Source: an uncultured Actinomycetes bacterium
Lineage (GTDB): Bacteria > Actinomycetota > Thermoleophilia > UBA2241
DNA: 64,000 nt
Reading direction: 5' to 3'
Assembly: GCA_963767005.1 (NCBI GenBank)
Contig: CAVYCN010000007.1
Span: 1-64,000, forward strand
The translations under genes and the position numbers were made by a program. Below the pieces are notes generated by a model. It did no database searches and was not told the origin of the DNA. It saw only the letters and a list, made by a program, of their open reading frames with translations. Shown one piece after another: positions 46,402 through 55,084 of this stretch; the stretch's first letter is position 1; each line of letters begins with the position of its first letter.

Positions 46402-47625
46402 GTGGGACGCGGGCCAAAAGGAATCGACGCGCGCAGCGGCGCGCTCACGGCGGCGCTTGCCGCGTCGCTGGCGGCGACGTTCGCCCTGGCGCTCACCGGC
46501 GCCGTGGCGCTCACGACGGGCTGCGGCGGCGCGGCGGCGGGCGGCGGCAGCCACAACGCCGCGAGCGCCGCCGATCCGTACCAGGCGCTGCGCAGCCCAG
46601 GACCGGCTCCCTCGCCTCGCGCCGGAGCCCGGGTCTGGACGGTGGGCATGCCGCTGCTCGTGGTGACGAGCGCCGACGGCGGCGCGACGTGGCGCACGGC
46701 CGGCCGCACGACGACAAAGGATCCCTTCACACAGGTGCTGTTCAGCGTCTGCCTGGCCGATGCGCGGCACGGCTGGGCGGTAGGCAAGGGCTTGGCGATC
46801 GTCGCCAGCGCCGACGGCGGCGCGACGTGGACGAGCCAGCGGCCGGGCACCAGCGCGGGCGACCTGCTCGCCGTGACCGCGACCGACGCACGTCACGTCT
46901 GGGCGGTGGGCTCGACACACGACGGCCGGACCCTCGGGCTCGTGCTCGCCAGCGCCGACGGCGGCCGCACCTGGACGACCCAGTACGACGGCAGCGACGC
47001 CCTTTGCGCCGTCACCTTCGTCGATGCCCGTCACGGCTGGGCGGCCGGCACCACCGGCATCCTGGCCACGAGCGACGGCGGCGCCCACTGGGTGCTGCAG
47101 CGCCCGTTGTCGCGCTTCTACCACCTGAACGACGTGACCTTCGTCGATGCGCGGCACGGCTGGGCGGTGGGCGGCACCGGCAGCGCCGTCGTGAAGCCCG
47201 GCTTCATCACGGCGACGACCGACGGCGGCCGGCACTGGCGCCGGCAGCTCTCGGGCTCGCGCGACCGGCTGAACGACGCCTCGTTCGTCAGCGAGCGGCG
47301 CGGCTGGGTCGCGGGCAACCAGGGTCAGCTCTACGCGACGACCGACGGCGGTGCGCACTGGACCCTCACCCAGATGGATCCGCACTGGGAGCTCGGCGCG
47401 GTGTCGTTTGGCGACGCCCGGCACGGCTGGTTGATCGTCCACCCACGCTGGGCGCCCAACGTCGTCGCCGCGACCGACGGCGCCGCGTGGGGCGATCTGC
47501 GCCAGCTCACGCTGCTGGCGACGAGCGACGGCGGCGCGCACTGGTCGGCCGTGCTCCCGGCCCGCGACGTGCCGGCCCCCGCGATCCTCACCGACGTCGC
47601 GTGCCGCGAGGCCGGCGGGCAGTAG
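46402..47625 (+). CDS. YCF48-like/BNR-repeat lipoprotein
   Basis: Hydrophobic signal ending LTTG-C; repeated SADGGxTW and DARHGW. Confidence 0.85.
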   Translation: MGRGPKGIDARSGALTAALAASLAATFALALTGAVALTTGCGGAAAGGGSHNAASAADPYQALRSPGPAPSPRAGARVWTVGMPLLVVTSADGGATWRTAGRTTTKDPFTQVLFSVCLADARHGWAVGKGLAIVASADGGATWTSQRPGTSAGDLLAVTATDARHVWAVGSTHDGRTLGLVLASADGGRTWTTQYDGSDALCAVTFVDARHGWAAGTTGILATSDGGAHWVLQRPLSRFYHLNDVTFVDARHGWAVGGTGSAVVKPGFITATTDGGRHWRRQLSGSRDRLNDASFVSERRGWVAGNQGQLYATTDGGAHWTLTQMDPHWELGAVSFGDARHGWLIVHPRWAPNVVAATDGAAWGDLRQLTLLATSDGGAHWSAVLPARDVPAPAILTDVACREAGGQ

Positions 47626-47661
47626 CCGCCCCGCGGGCAGGCGCGCGCAAGGCGCGCCGCG

Positions 47662-48201
47662 TCAGTCGTGTGGCGTGCCGAGGAAGAGCCCTTTCGATGA
47701 GCCTGCGGCCTTCGGCAGGTCGTCGGTTATCTCGTAGTAGTCGCCGGCCTCGCTCAGCCAGATGTGGCCGGCGCCCTTGACGCCGGTCGGCGGGTCGACG
47801 CTGCCGGCCGAGATGTAGACGTACTCGTAGCCCTGCGGGTCCCAGAAGACGCTCGCGCCGCACTGCCCGCAGAAGCCGCGCCGCACGTTGGGCGTCACGT
47901 CCTTGTCGGTGTGGTACCACCTGAGCGTCTCCTGCCCGGTGGTGACCAGGTCCTCGCGCCGCGCCGACGTGTAGGCCGAGAAGTTGCCGTGCGTGCGCCG
48001 GCAGTTCTCGCAGTGGCAGAACAGGATGTCGCGCAGCGGACCGCGCACCTCGTACCGCACGCCGCCGCAGAGGCAGCCGCCGGTCGCTTTGCGCTCGTCA
48101 CGGCCGGTCGCCTCGCCGTCGTCGCGGTCGCCTGCCGTACGCTCGCCGCAGCCGGCCGCCTCGCGGTCGCCTGCCGTGCTCCGTGCCGATTCGCCCGCCA
48201 T
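47662..48201 (-). CDS. GFA/CENP-V family protein
   Basis: GGCLCGGVRY, CHCENCRR, RGFCGQCG, HIW. Confidence 0.9.
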   Translation of the reverse strand: MAGESARSTAGDREAAGCGERTAGDRDDGEATGRDERKATGGCLCGGVRYEVRGPLRDILFCHCENCRRTHGNFSAYTSARREDLVTTGQETLRWYHTDKDVTPNVRRGFCGQCGASVFWDPQGYEYVYISAGSVDPPTGVKGAGHIWLSEAGDYYEITDDLPKAAGSSKGLFLGTPHD

Positions 48202-48294
48202 CACGGCACCTCCAGTCGTCGGGGGTCGTTCGGCCCAATCGTCGGCCGCCATCTCGGCGGCGAGTATCGTCGTCTTTTTCGGGCAGGTCAACGA

Positions 48295-48326
48295 TGTGAT
48301 TGACCGAACTTGACCGTTCAGTCACA
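48295..48326. promoter_or_regulatory. Putative DeoR-type operator
   Basis: Inverted repeat TGTGATTGA/TCAGTCACA overlapping direct repeats TTGACCG at 10-bp spacing. Confidence 0.45.
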
Positions 48327-48358
48327 CTTGCGATCACCCGACGAAGGGGAGACCGCTC

Positions 48359-49156
48359 ATGGAGCAGGCGCAGGCGGGATCGGCGGCCGAACGTCTCGTG
48401 GCCGAGGAACGGCGGCGACGAGTCGAGGAGCTGCTGCGCCGGCAGGCAGTCGCCTCGCTGTCCGAGGTCATCGAGGTCACGGGGGCCAGCGAGGCGACCG
48501 CGCGGCGCGACCTCGCCCTGCTCGAACGCCTCGGCCGACTCGCGCGCACGCGCGGAGGCGCGCAGGCGATCCAGCGCCACTCCACCCTCGAGGAGGAGTT
48601 CGAGATCCGCCAGAGCCGGGACCGCCGCGAGAAGCGCCTGATCGCTCAGCAGGCGGCACGGCTGATCGAGGACGGCATGACCGCCTTCCTGACCGACGGC
48701 ACGACCTCGTACGCCCTGGCCCAGTGCCTCGTCCACCGGCATCTCACGATCATCACCGGCGCCCTCAACATCGCGCAGTTGCTGGCGGGCAGCGCGGGCA
48801 TCGAGGTGATCGTGCTCGGTGGGCGGCTGCGCGCGACCTCGTTCGGCACGACCGGCCCCCTGTCGCTCGACACCATCCGCGCCCTGCACGCCGACGTCGC
48901 CTTCGTCGCGCCCGACGGCGTCACGCTCGCGGGCGGCGTGCGCGACTTCTCGCTCGACGACGCGGCCTCGGCCCGGGCGATGAGCGAGAGCGCCGCGCGG
49001 ACCGTCGTGCTGGCCTCGCCCGGCAAGATCGGCTTCGACGCGCGGGCGCGGATCGTCGACTGGCCTCAGGTCGATACGCTCATCACGGCGCGGCCCCCGG
49101 CGCCGTTCGCCGAGGGGCTCGCCGAGCGCGGCGTGCGCGTGTCGCTGGTGACGTGA
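48359..49156 (+). CDS. DeoR/GlpR family regulator
   Basis: ERRRR, SEATARRDL, RTRGGA, EKRLIA, GTT, LGG. Confidence 0.92.
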   Translation: MEQAQAGSAAERLVAEERRRRVEELLRRQAVASLSEVIEVTGASEATARRDLALLERLGRLARTRGGAQAIQRHSTLEEEFEIRQSRDRREKRLIAQQAARLIEDGMTAFLTDGTTSYALAQCLVHRHLTIITGALNIAQLLAGSAGIEVIVLGGRLRATSFGTTGPLSLDTIRALHADVAFVAPDGVTLAGGVRDFSLDDAASARAMSESAARTVVLASPGKIGFDARARIVDWPQVDTLITARPPAPFAEGLAERGVRVSLVT

Positions 49157-49215
49157 CAACGCCCGTGCTCTGCTTCGCGCCGCCCCGGTCGCCCGTGGCC
49201 ACGGTCACGGCCGGC

Positions 49216-51294
49216 TCAGCTCGGGGAGCGGCCGGGAGTCCGGTTCACGGCGACGGCCCCGAGCCGGTCGAGACCCGCCGTCTCGCCCACCAGCGACAGC
49301 AGATCGCCGGCCCGCACGACGGTGCGGCCCGCAGGCAGGACGACCTCGTCGCCGCGCACGATGGACGTGATGACCGCCCTGTTTTGCAGGCCGAGGTCGC
49401 GGAGCCTGCTGCCCACCGCCGGCGAGTCGGGCGCGACCTTCACTTCGAACGTGCCGCTGCTCGCGTCCAGCCCGCTCACGCGGGCGACGGTGGCCAGAAG
49501 CTCGCGCCGGTAGGCGCCGAGCAGATCGGAGATCGACAGCGTGCCGACCACCCTTCGGTCGGAATCGAGGACCGCGACCCACGACGATGACGCCTCGGTG
49601 AGGGACTCCAGAGCCGAGTCGAGGTACGCCGTGACGGACGCGGTCGGGACCGCAGTATCGGCAAGGTCGCCTGCTCGCGGTCCACGAGTGCCCGCGGTGT
49701 CGAGCGTCGACCTCGACAGCGACCCGACGAAACGGCCTTCGGCATCGACCACGGGCGCACCGCTCACCGCGGCGCCGGCGACGGCAAGCCGCGCTTCGTC
49801 GGAGCTCAGGCCTTCGTCCAGTACGAGGCGTGGCGACGCCATGGCTCGCGCCGTGCCGATCGTGGCGAGCAGGGGCAGGCCCGCCAGCAGCCGCCGGGCC
49901 GGCGCCTCGGCGCGGTTGCGCAGCTGGCTGCGGTAGATCGTGTCGTCGCTGTGGCGCACGATCAGCCAGGCGATGCCGACGGCGATCATCGCGGGCGCCA
50001 GCATGGAGAGGCTGCCGGTCATCTCGGCCACCATGAGCATGACGGCAAGCGGCGCCCGCGAGATGCCGCCGAAGCAGCACATCATGCCGATAATCACGTA
50101 GGGCGCCGGGTTGTGCCCCATGGACGGCGCCAGAGGTTCGAACACGCGCCACACACCGGCGCCGAGGAAGGCGCCGATCACCATACCCGGGCCGAAGATA
50201 CCGCCCGAGCCACCGGAGCCGATGGAGAGCCCGGTGGCGAGGATCTTCGCGAAGGGCAGGACGAGCACGATCCAGAGGGGGATCGTGAGGAGCTCGGGGG
50301 TGAGACCCTTCTGCACCCACCCGTACCCCGTGCCGAGGATCTGGGGGACGAAGATGGCCATGATGCCGACCAGCAGGCCGCCGACGGCGGGCGCCGCCCA
50401 GCGGGGCAGCGGCAAGCGGCGGAACAGGTCCGCGATGCCGTAGAAGCCCTTGGCGTAGAGCAGGCCGAGCAGGCCGCCGAGCAGGCCGATCAGGGCGAAC
50501 CAGGCGAGCTGGCTCGAGTCGGTGAAGCGGTAGCCGCCGACGTAGCCGAACAGCGGCGAGAACCCCTCGACGGCGCCGAAGACCAGGGTGCTCGCCGTCG
50601 AGGCGATGAAGCACGGCAGAAGTGCCGCCGGTTCGAAGTCGTCGCGGTAGAGGATCTCGGCGGCCAGCACGGCGCCGCCAAGCGGAGCGCCGAAGATGGC
50701 GCCGATGCCCGAGCCGACGCCGGTGGCCACCGCCACCCGGCTGTCGGCCGGCTGCAGATCGAGCAGGCGGGAGAGCAGCGAGCCGAACCCCGCGCTGATC
50801 TGCGCGGTCGGTCCCTCACGGCCGCCCGAGCCCCCCGAACCGATGGTGAGCGCCGACGCGACGATCTTGACGACCACCGCCCGGAACCGCAGGCCACGGG
50901 GATTGTGGTGCACGGCCGAGATGGCGGCGTCGGTCCCGTGGCCCTCGGCTTCGGGGGCGATGCCGAAGACGAGCAGCCCCGCGAGCAGCGCCCCGCCACC
51001 GGTGATCAGAGGCAGCAGCCACTCCCGCGCGCCGGACGATGATTGCGCGAAACCGCGCTCGCCGGCCGGGGTCGGCACCTGATAGCCGGCGAAAACGCCC
51101 AGGAACAGCCGCGTGCAGACGGCGAGAGCCTCGTAGAAGACGACCGCCCCGAGACCTGCCACCACGCCGATGGCGATGCCCAGCACGATCCACTTCCGCA
51201 AGTACGAGCCCGTCGACAACCAGCGGCCGATCCGCGCTCCGGCGGCACGCCCTCTGGCGCGCAAGGAACGAGCGGCAAGCTCGTCGCCGCTCAC
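49216..51294 (-). CDS. CLC family channel/transporter with CBS pair and TrkA-C domain
   Basis: PEAEGHGTD, GSGGREGP, GGIFGP, AEMTG, IY.SQ; C-terminal SPAVGSRLRDL...G.T..RAGD; GTGA overlap with marR. Confidence 0.9.
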   Translation of the reverse strand: MSGDELAARSLRARGRAAGARIGRWLSTGSYLRKWIVLGIAIGVVAGLGAVVFYEALAVCTRLFLGVFAGYQVPTPAGERGFAQSSSGAREWLLPLITGGGALLAGLLVFGIAPEAEGHGTDAAISAVHHNPRGLRFRAVVVKIVASALTIGSGGSGGREGPTAQISAGFGSLLSRLLDLQPADSRVAVATGVGSGIGAIFGAPLGGAVLAAEILYRDDFEPAALLPCFIASTASTLVFGAVEGFSPLFGYVGGYRFTDSSQLAWFALIGLLGGLLGLLYAKGFYGIADLFRRLPLPRWAAPAVGGLLVGIMAIFVPQILGTGYGWVQKGLTPELLTIPLWIVLVLPFAKILATGLSIGSGGSGGIFGPGMVIGAFLGAGVWRVFEPLAPSMGHNPAPYVIIGMMCCFGGISRAPLAVMLMVAEMTGSLSMLAPAMIAVGIAWLIVRHSDDTIYRSQLRNRAEAPARRLLAGLPLLATIGTARAMASPRLVLDEGLSSDEARLAVAGAAVSGAPVVDAEGRFVGSLSRSTLDTAGTRGPRAGDLADTAVPTASVTAYLDSALESLTEASSSWVAVLDSDRRVVGTLSISDLLGAYRRELLATVARVSGLDASSGTFEVKVAPDSPAVGSRLRDLGLQNRAVITSIVRGDEVVLPAGRTVVRAGDLLSLVGETAGLDRLGAVAVNRTPGRSPS

Positions 51295-51773
51295 AGGTCC
51301 CACCCGCTGCTCCACTCCTGCTCGGGGACCTCGTCGGCGCTCTCGGCAAGACGGCCGAGGGCGGCGACCAGGGCGGGACGCTCGCCGGGCGGCACGGGGG
51401 CAAGCAGCGCGGCGATCTCCCGGCGGCGATTGGCGGTCACGCCGTCGATCAGGCGGCGGCCGGCCACGCCGAGCGCGATCCGCACCTGGCGGCGGTCGTT
51501 GCGGTCGACGCGCCGGTTGACCAGGTGCTTGCGCACGAGCTGCTCGCACATGCGCGAGGCGGTCGGCGGCGTGACGGCCAGGGAGTCGGCGAGGGCGGCG
51601 AGGCCCTGGGGCCCGCGTGAGGCGAGTACGACGAGGGCCCGATACTGCGTGAGAGTGACCGCTTCGCCCGCGTCGGACAGCGAGCGCGCGGCGATCGCCA
51701 CCAGGACACGGCTTGCCGTGAGCACGGCATCGACCACCGCGTCCTGGCCGACCCCTTTCCGGTCATCGTTCAT
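51291..51773 (-). CDS. MarR family regulator (paralog 1)
   Basis: VTLTQYRAL, TASR...LVRK.LV.R...NDRRQV. Confidence 0.9.
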   Translation of the reverse strand: MNDDRKGVGQDAVVDAVLTASRVLVAIAARSLSDAGEAVTLTQYRALVVLASRGPQGLAALADSLAVTPPTASRMCEQLVRKHLVNRRVDRNDRRQVRIALGVAGRRLIDGVTANRRREIAALLAPVPPGERPALVAALGRLAESADEVPEQEWSSGWDL

Positions 51774-51876
51774 AGGCTAATTATTGCACGCGCGGATGGT
51801 CGCTAGCCTTGTGGGCGAAGGAGGCGGCCCTCAGGCCGCCTCCTCGCCTTCGCCCGATCGCGCTTCAGCTCGCGGG

Positions 51877-52275
51877 TCAGGGGACCGTGAAGTCCACGCC
51901 GCTGGACGTGTGACCGACCAGCCGGAAGGTGTTGCTCACCGGGATCGTGTAGGTGTAGTCGCCCTTGTCCGAGCTGCTCGCCATGTCCAAACCGGACGAG
52001 AACGGGTTCTTCGGCCAGTTGTCGACGTACGTGCCCTTGAGGAAGTTGACACTCCCTGCCACCGGGTACGTGTCGTTGTTGTCGACCGCGTAGCTCTGGA
52101 CGCCCACCTGGATGCTGTGGATGCCCTCCTTGACCGCTGCGTCCTTGGCCTTGTTCCTCTGGTTCAGGAACATCGGGATAGCGATGGCGGCCAGGATACC
52201 GATGATGATGATAACGATCAGGAGCTCGATGAGCGTGAAACCCTTCTGCTGCTTCGAAGCCTTCTTCATGCGCAC
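51877..52275 (-). CDS. Type IV pilin-like protein with class III signal peptide
   Basis: [24 protein letters not shown]; AGGAGGTGA RBS. Confidence 0.92.
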   Translation of the reverse strand: MRMKKASKQQKGFTLIELLIVIIIIGILAAIAIPMFLNQRNKAKDAAVKEGIHSIQVGVQSYAVDNNDTYPVAGSVNFLKGTYVDNWPKNPFSSGLDMASSSDKGDYTYTIPVSNTFRLVGHTSSGVDFTVP

Positions 52276-52329
52276 TCACCTCCTCTCTCGCTCAGACCCG
52301 GTGGGGGCGGCGGCAGGCGACGCTCGTTC

Positions 52330-52480
52330 GCCCGGCGCGGCCACCACCAGCGCCCTCAGCGTGAGGGTGTAGAATTGGCCGGGCTCGGCGGGCGGAGCGA
52401 TACCGACGCGCGCGTCCCGGTTGCCGTCACGACGCCGCGTGAGCGGCGCTTGCGACTCCTCACGGCGGAAAGCGGAAGGT
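52330..52480 (-). ncRNA. Candidate structured cis-regulatory RNA in the pilin leader
   Basis: Nested helices GGAG/CTCC, GTCGC/GTGAC, GCGCCGC/GCGGCGT, ACCG/CGGT, then CCCGGC/GCCGGG and CCCTCA/TGAGGG. Confidence 0.55.
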
Positions 52481-52508
52481 CGCCGACCCTCCACTCTCCA
52501 CACAGAGC

Positions 52509-52536
52509 TTATCGACGAGCGGACACAATAACTTGA
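52509..52536 (-). promoter_or_regulatory. FliA/WhiG-like promoter of the pilin gene
   Basis: Minus strand TCAA-N16-GTCGATAA. Confidence 0.55.
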
Positions 52537-52554
52537 TGTCACAACTATTAGCCT

Positions 52555-53037
52555 GTGCACTTAATCGTGGCTGACGTGCACGAAGACACGGTCGTCGACG
52601 CGGTCCTCACCGCGAGCCGCGTGCTCGTCGCCATCGCGGCGCGCTCGCTCGCCGACGCCGGCGAAGAGGTCACTCTCACTCAGTACCGCTCACTCGTCGT
52701 CGTCGCCTCGCGCGGGCCGCAGAGCATCGCGGCGCTGGCCGACGCCGTGGGCGTCACCCCGCCGACGGCCTCCAGGCTGTGCGAGCGGCTCGTGCGCAAG
52801 GGCCTGGTCCGCCGCCGCACAGACCGCCGCGACCGTCGTCAGGTGCGTATCGCCCTTACCGCAGGCGGCCGCGAGCTGGTCGACGCCGTGACGGCGAATC
52901 GCCGCCGCGAGATCGCCGCTCTCCTGGCGTCGATGGCGGCCGCCGACCAGGCGCAGCTGGTGACAGCCCTGAGGCAGCTCGCCGCCAGCGCCGGAGAGGT
53001 GCCCGAGCAGGACTGGAGCAGCGGCTGGGACCTCTGA
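52555..53037 (+). CDS. MarR family regulator (paralog 2)
   Basis: Very similar to 51291-51773 (VVDAVLTASRVLVAIAARSL...EVPEQxWSSGWDL); start may be 52567. Confidence 0.9.
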   Translation: MHLIVADVHEDTVVDAVLTASRVLVAIAARSLADAGEEVTLTQYRSLVVVASRGPQSIAALADAVGVTPPTASRLCERLVRKGLVRRRTDRRDRRQVRIALTAGGRELVDAVTANRRREIAALLASMAAADQAQLVTALRQLAASAGEVPEQDWSSGWDL

Positions 53038-53051
53038 AAGCCGGCCACGGT

Positions 53052-53080
53052 TTGCGCCGGTCGGCGCCGACCGATACCAT
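53052..53080 (+). promoter_or_regulatory. Putative sigma70 promoter of the riboswitch leader
   Basis: TTGCGC-N17-TACCAT just before the riboswitch. Confidence 0.5.
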
Positions 53081-53086
53081 CGGCAG

Positions 53087-53245
53087 CGGAGATGCCCGTG
53101 AGGGCCTCGAGGGAAGACGGTGAGATTCCGTCGCGGACCCGCCGCTGTGACCGGGGACGACCGCCGCAACGAAAGCCACTGCCGGTAGGGCCGGCGGGAA
53201 GGCGCGGCGCAAGGACGATCCGGCAAGCCAGAAGACCTGTCTCCG
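53087..53245 (+). promoter_or_regulatory. Cobalamin riboswitch
   Basis: AGGGAA-GACGGTGAGATTCCGTC, CCCGCCGCTGTGA, GCCACTG...GGGAAGGC, B12 box AAGCCAGAAGACCTG; closing pair CGGAGA/TCTCCG. Confidence 0.93.
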
Positions 53246-53315
53246 AGCGGTGCAGAAGGCCGCCCCCGTGGTACCGGGGCGGGCACCGCCGCTGCGTCAA
53301 GGATCCGAAAACGGG

Positions 53316-53364
53316 GATCCCGGGCCGGCTCGCCCTGGCGAGCCGGCCCGGGATCGTCCTTTTG
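53316..53364 (+). terminator. Terminator hairpin of the riboswitch expression platform
   Basis: GATCCCGGGCCGGCTCGCC-CT-GGCGAGCCGGCCCGGGATC followed by GTCCTTTTG. Confidence 0.75.
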
Positions 53365-53384
53365 TCGGACCGGAGGTCACACGC

Positions 53385-54995
53385 ATGAACGCCCCGCACC
53401 GCCCCCTCGCCGAGCCCGCCGCCACCCCTTCGGTGAGCCCCTTCGTGCGACCGGCGAGTGGCCTGGTGCGCGCGGTCACCTCGTGGCAGGTGTTCGGCTT
53501 CAACGTGATGAACGCCAACATCGGCGTGGGCCTCGTGTGGCTGACGCTGCTCGGCGCCGGCCTCTACCCCGGCGCCAACCTCTACCTCGCCGTGATGCTC
53601 GCCTTCGTCGGCATCCTGCCGCTCATGCTGCTCTACGTGCGCCTCGCCGCCGTCTTCCCGCGCTCGGGCGGCGACTACGTCTCGATCTCGCGCACACTGA
53701 GCCCGGCGCTCGGCTTTGCCGTGAATGCAGCCGCGATGGCCTACTTCTGCCTGTTCGTCGGCCTCGGCGGCCTCTACACGGTGCAGTATGGCCTCACACC
53801 GCTCGCCCAGGTCGTGGCCGCCGTCACCGGCAGCGCCGGCGCCACCCGCCTGGCCGCCGACCTCGGCACCGCGAACGGCACGTTCCTCGTGTCGCTCGCC
53901 GTGCTCGCCGCCTACGCGCTGCTCATGATCCGCGGCGGTCGCCTGTACTTCCGCGCGCAGAGCGCGGCCTTCGTGCTGGGCACGGCCGCGCTTGCCGTCT
54001 GCGTCGTGGCCGGCCTGCTGCTGTCGCGCCACGCTGCCCTGGCCGGCGTCGACCACGCCCTCGCCCGCCTGCACGCCGGCCCGCTCGCGCCGCTCGCCGC
54101 CGGTCGGGCCGCACCGTTCTCCTGGTCGGCGACGCTGCACGCCGCGATCTGGCCGTGGATCGTGTTCGTCGGCTGTTACTTCTCGATCTTCATCGGCGGC
54201 GAGGTACGCAGCCCGGCGCGCACGCAGGCCGTCGGCGTGCTCGGGTCGCTCACCTGGACGCTCGCCTGGCTGCTGGCGGTGATCTTCGCGCTCAGCCACC
54301 TGTTCGGCCTCGGCTTCTTCGCCAACCTGGCCGGCGCGTCGCCCGCCAAGCTCGGCCTGACCGCGACGCCGACCTTTGCCGAGCTCGTCGCCCTCGCCCT
54401 GCGCCACGGCGTGCTCGCCGTCGCGCTGGCCGCGGCCTTCACCGTCTGGGGCTTCGCCTGGGTCGGCCCGACCGCGATGTGCGTGTCGCGCTGCCTGTTC
54501 GCCTGGTCGCTCGACGGCCTCGCGCCGCGCTGGTGTGCCGAGGTGCACCGCCGCTGGCACACACCGTATCGCGCCCTGTTGCTGACCTTCGCGGCCGCGA
54601 CCGCCTTCACGGCGCTCATGATCTACGCCCACCTGTCGCTGCTGTCGGGCATGATCGTGATGGTCGCCGAGTGGCTCTGCGTAGCGGCGGCGGCCGTCGT
54701 GCTGCCCGGGATCGCCGACAGCCGCGGCCTCGTGCTGCCGCCCGCGCGACGCCTGCTGGGCCTGAGCTCCCTCGCCTGGCTGGGCGTGCTCGCCGCGCCG
54801 CCGGTGCTGGTGATCGCCTGGCTCAACCTGACCGACGCCAACTCGGGCACGAGCGTCGCCCACCAGCCCAGGGCGCTGCTGCTCTGGATCGCGATCCTGG
54901 CCGGCTGCCTCAGCCTCTACCGGCTGGTCGCCGGCCTGCGCGAGCGGCACGGCAGCGGGCTCGGCATGGCGGTCCGCCTCCTGCCGCCAGACTAG
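53385..54995 (+). CDS. APC superfamily permease
   Basis: FVRPASGLVR, FPRSGGDYV.ISR, GGEVRSP, SRCLFAWSLDG..P, WHTP; about 12-14 TM helices; GGAGG RBS. Confidence 0.9.
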   Translation: MNAPHRPLAEPAATPSVSPFVRPASGLVRAVTSWQVFGFNVMNANIGVGLVWLTLLGAGLYPGANLYLAVMLAFVGILPLMLLYVRLAAVFPRSGGDYVSISRTLSPALGFAVNAAAMAYFCLFVGLGGLYTVQYGLTPLAQVVAAVTGSAGATRLAADLGTANGTFLVSLAVLAAYALLMIRGGRLYFRAQSAAFVLGTAALAVCVVAGLLLSRHAALAGVDHALARLHAGPLAPLAAGRAAPFSWSATLHAAIWPWIVFVGCYFSIFIGGEVRSPARTQAVGVLGSLTWTLAWLLAVIFALSHLFGLGFFANLAGASPAKLGLTATPTFAELVALALRHGVLAVALAAAFTVWGFAWVGPTAMCVSRCLFAWSLDGLAPRWCAEVHRRWHTPYRALLLTFAAATAFTALMIYAHLSLLSGMIVMVAEWLCVAAAAVVLPGIADSRGLVLPPARRLLGLSSLAWLGVLAAPPVLVIAWLNLTDANSGTSVAHQPRALLLWIAILAGCLSLYRLVAGLRERHGSGLGMAVRLLPPD

Positions 54996-55084
54996 GCGCG
55001 CGACGAAGCCACGCATGCCTGAGCGGCGACTACGAAGTCGATCGCCGGCACGAGGCGCGCAGCGAAGCCACGCACGCCTGAGCG
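54990..55084 (+). repeat. About 1.6 copies of the dispersed ~60-bp repeat
   Basis: GACTAGGCGCGCGACGAAGCCACGCATGCCTGAGCGGCGACTACGAAGTCGATCGCCGG followed by a partial second unit, between convergent genes. Confidence 0.75.
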
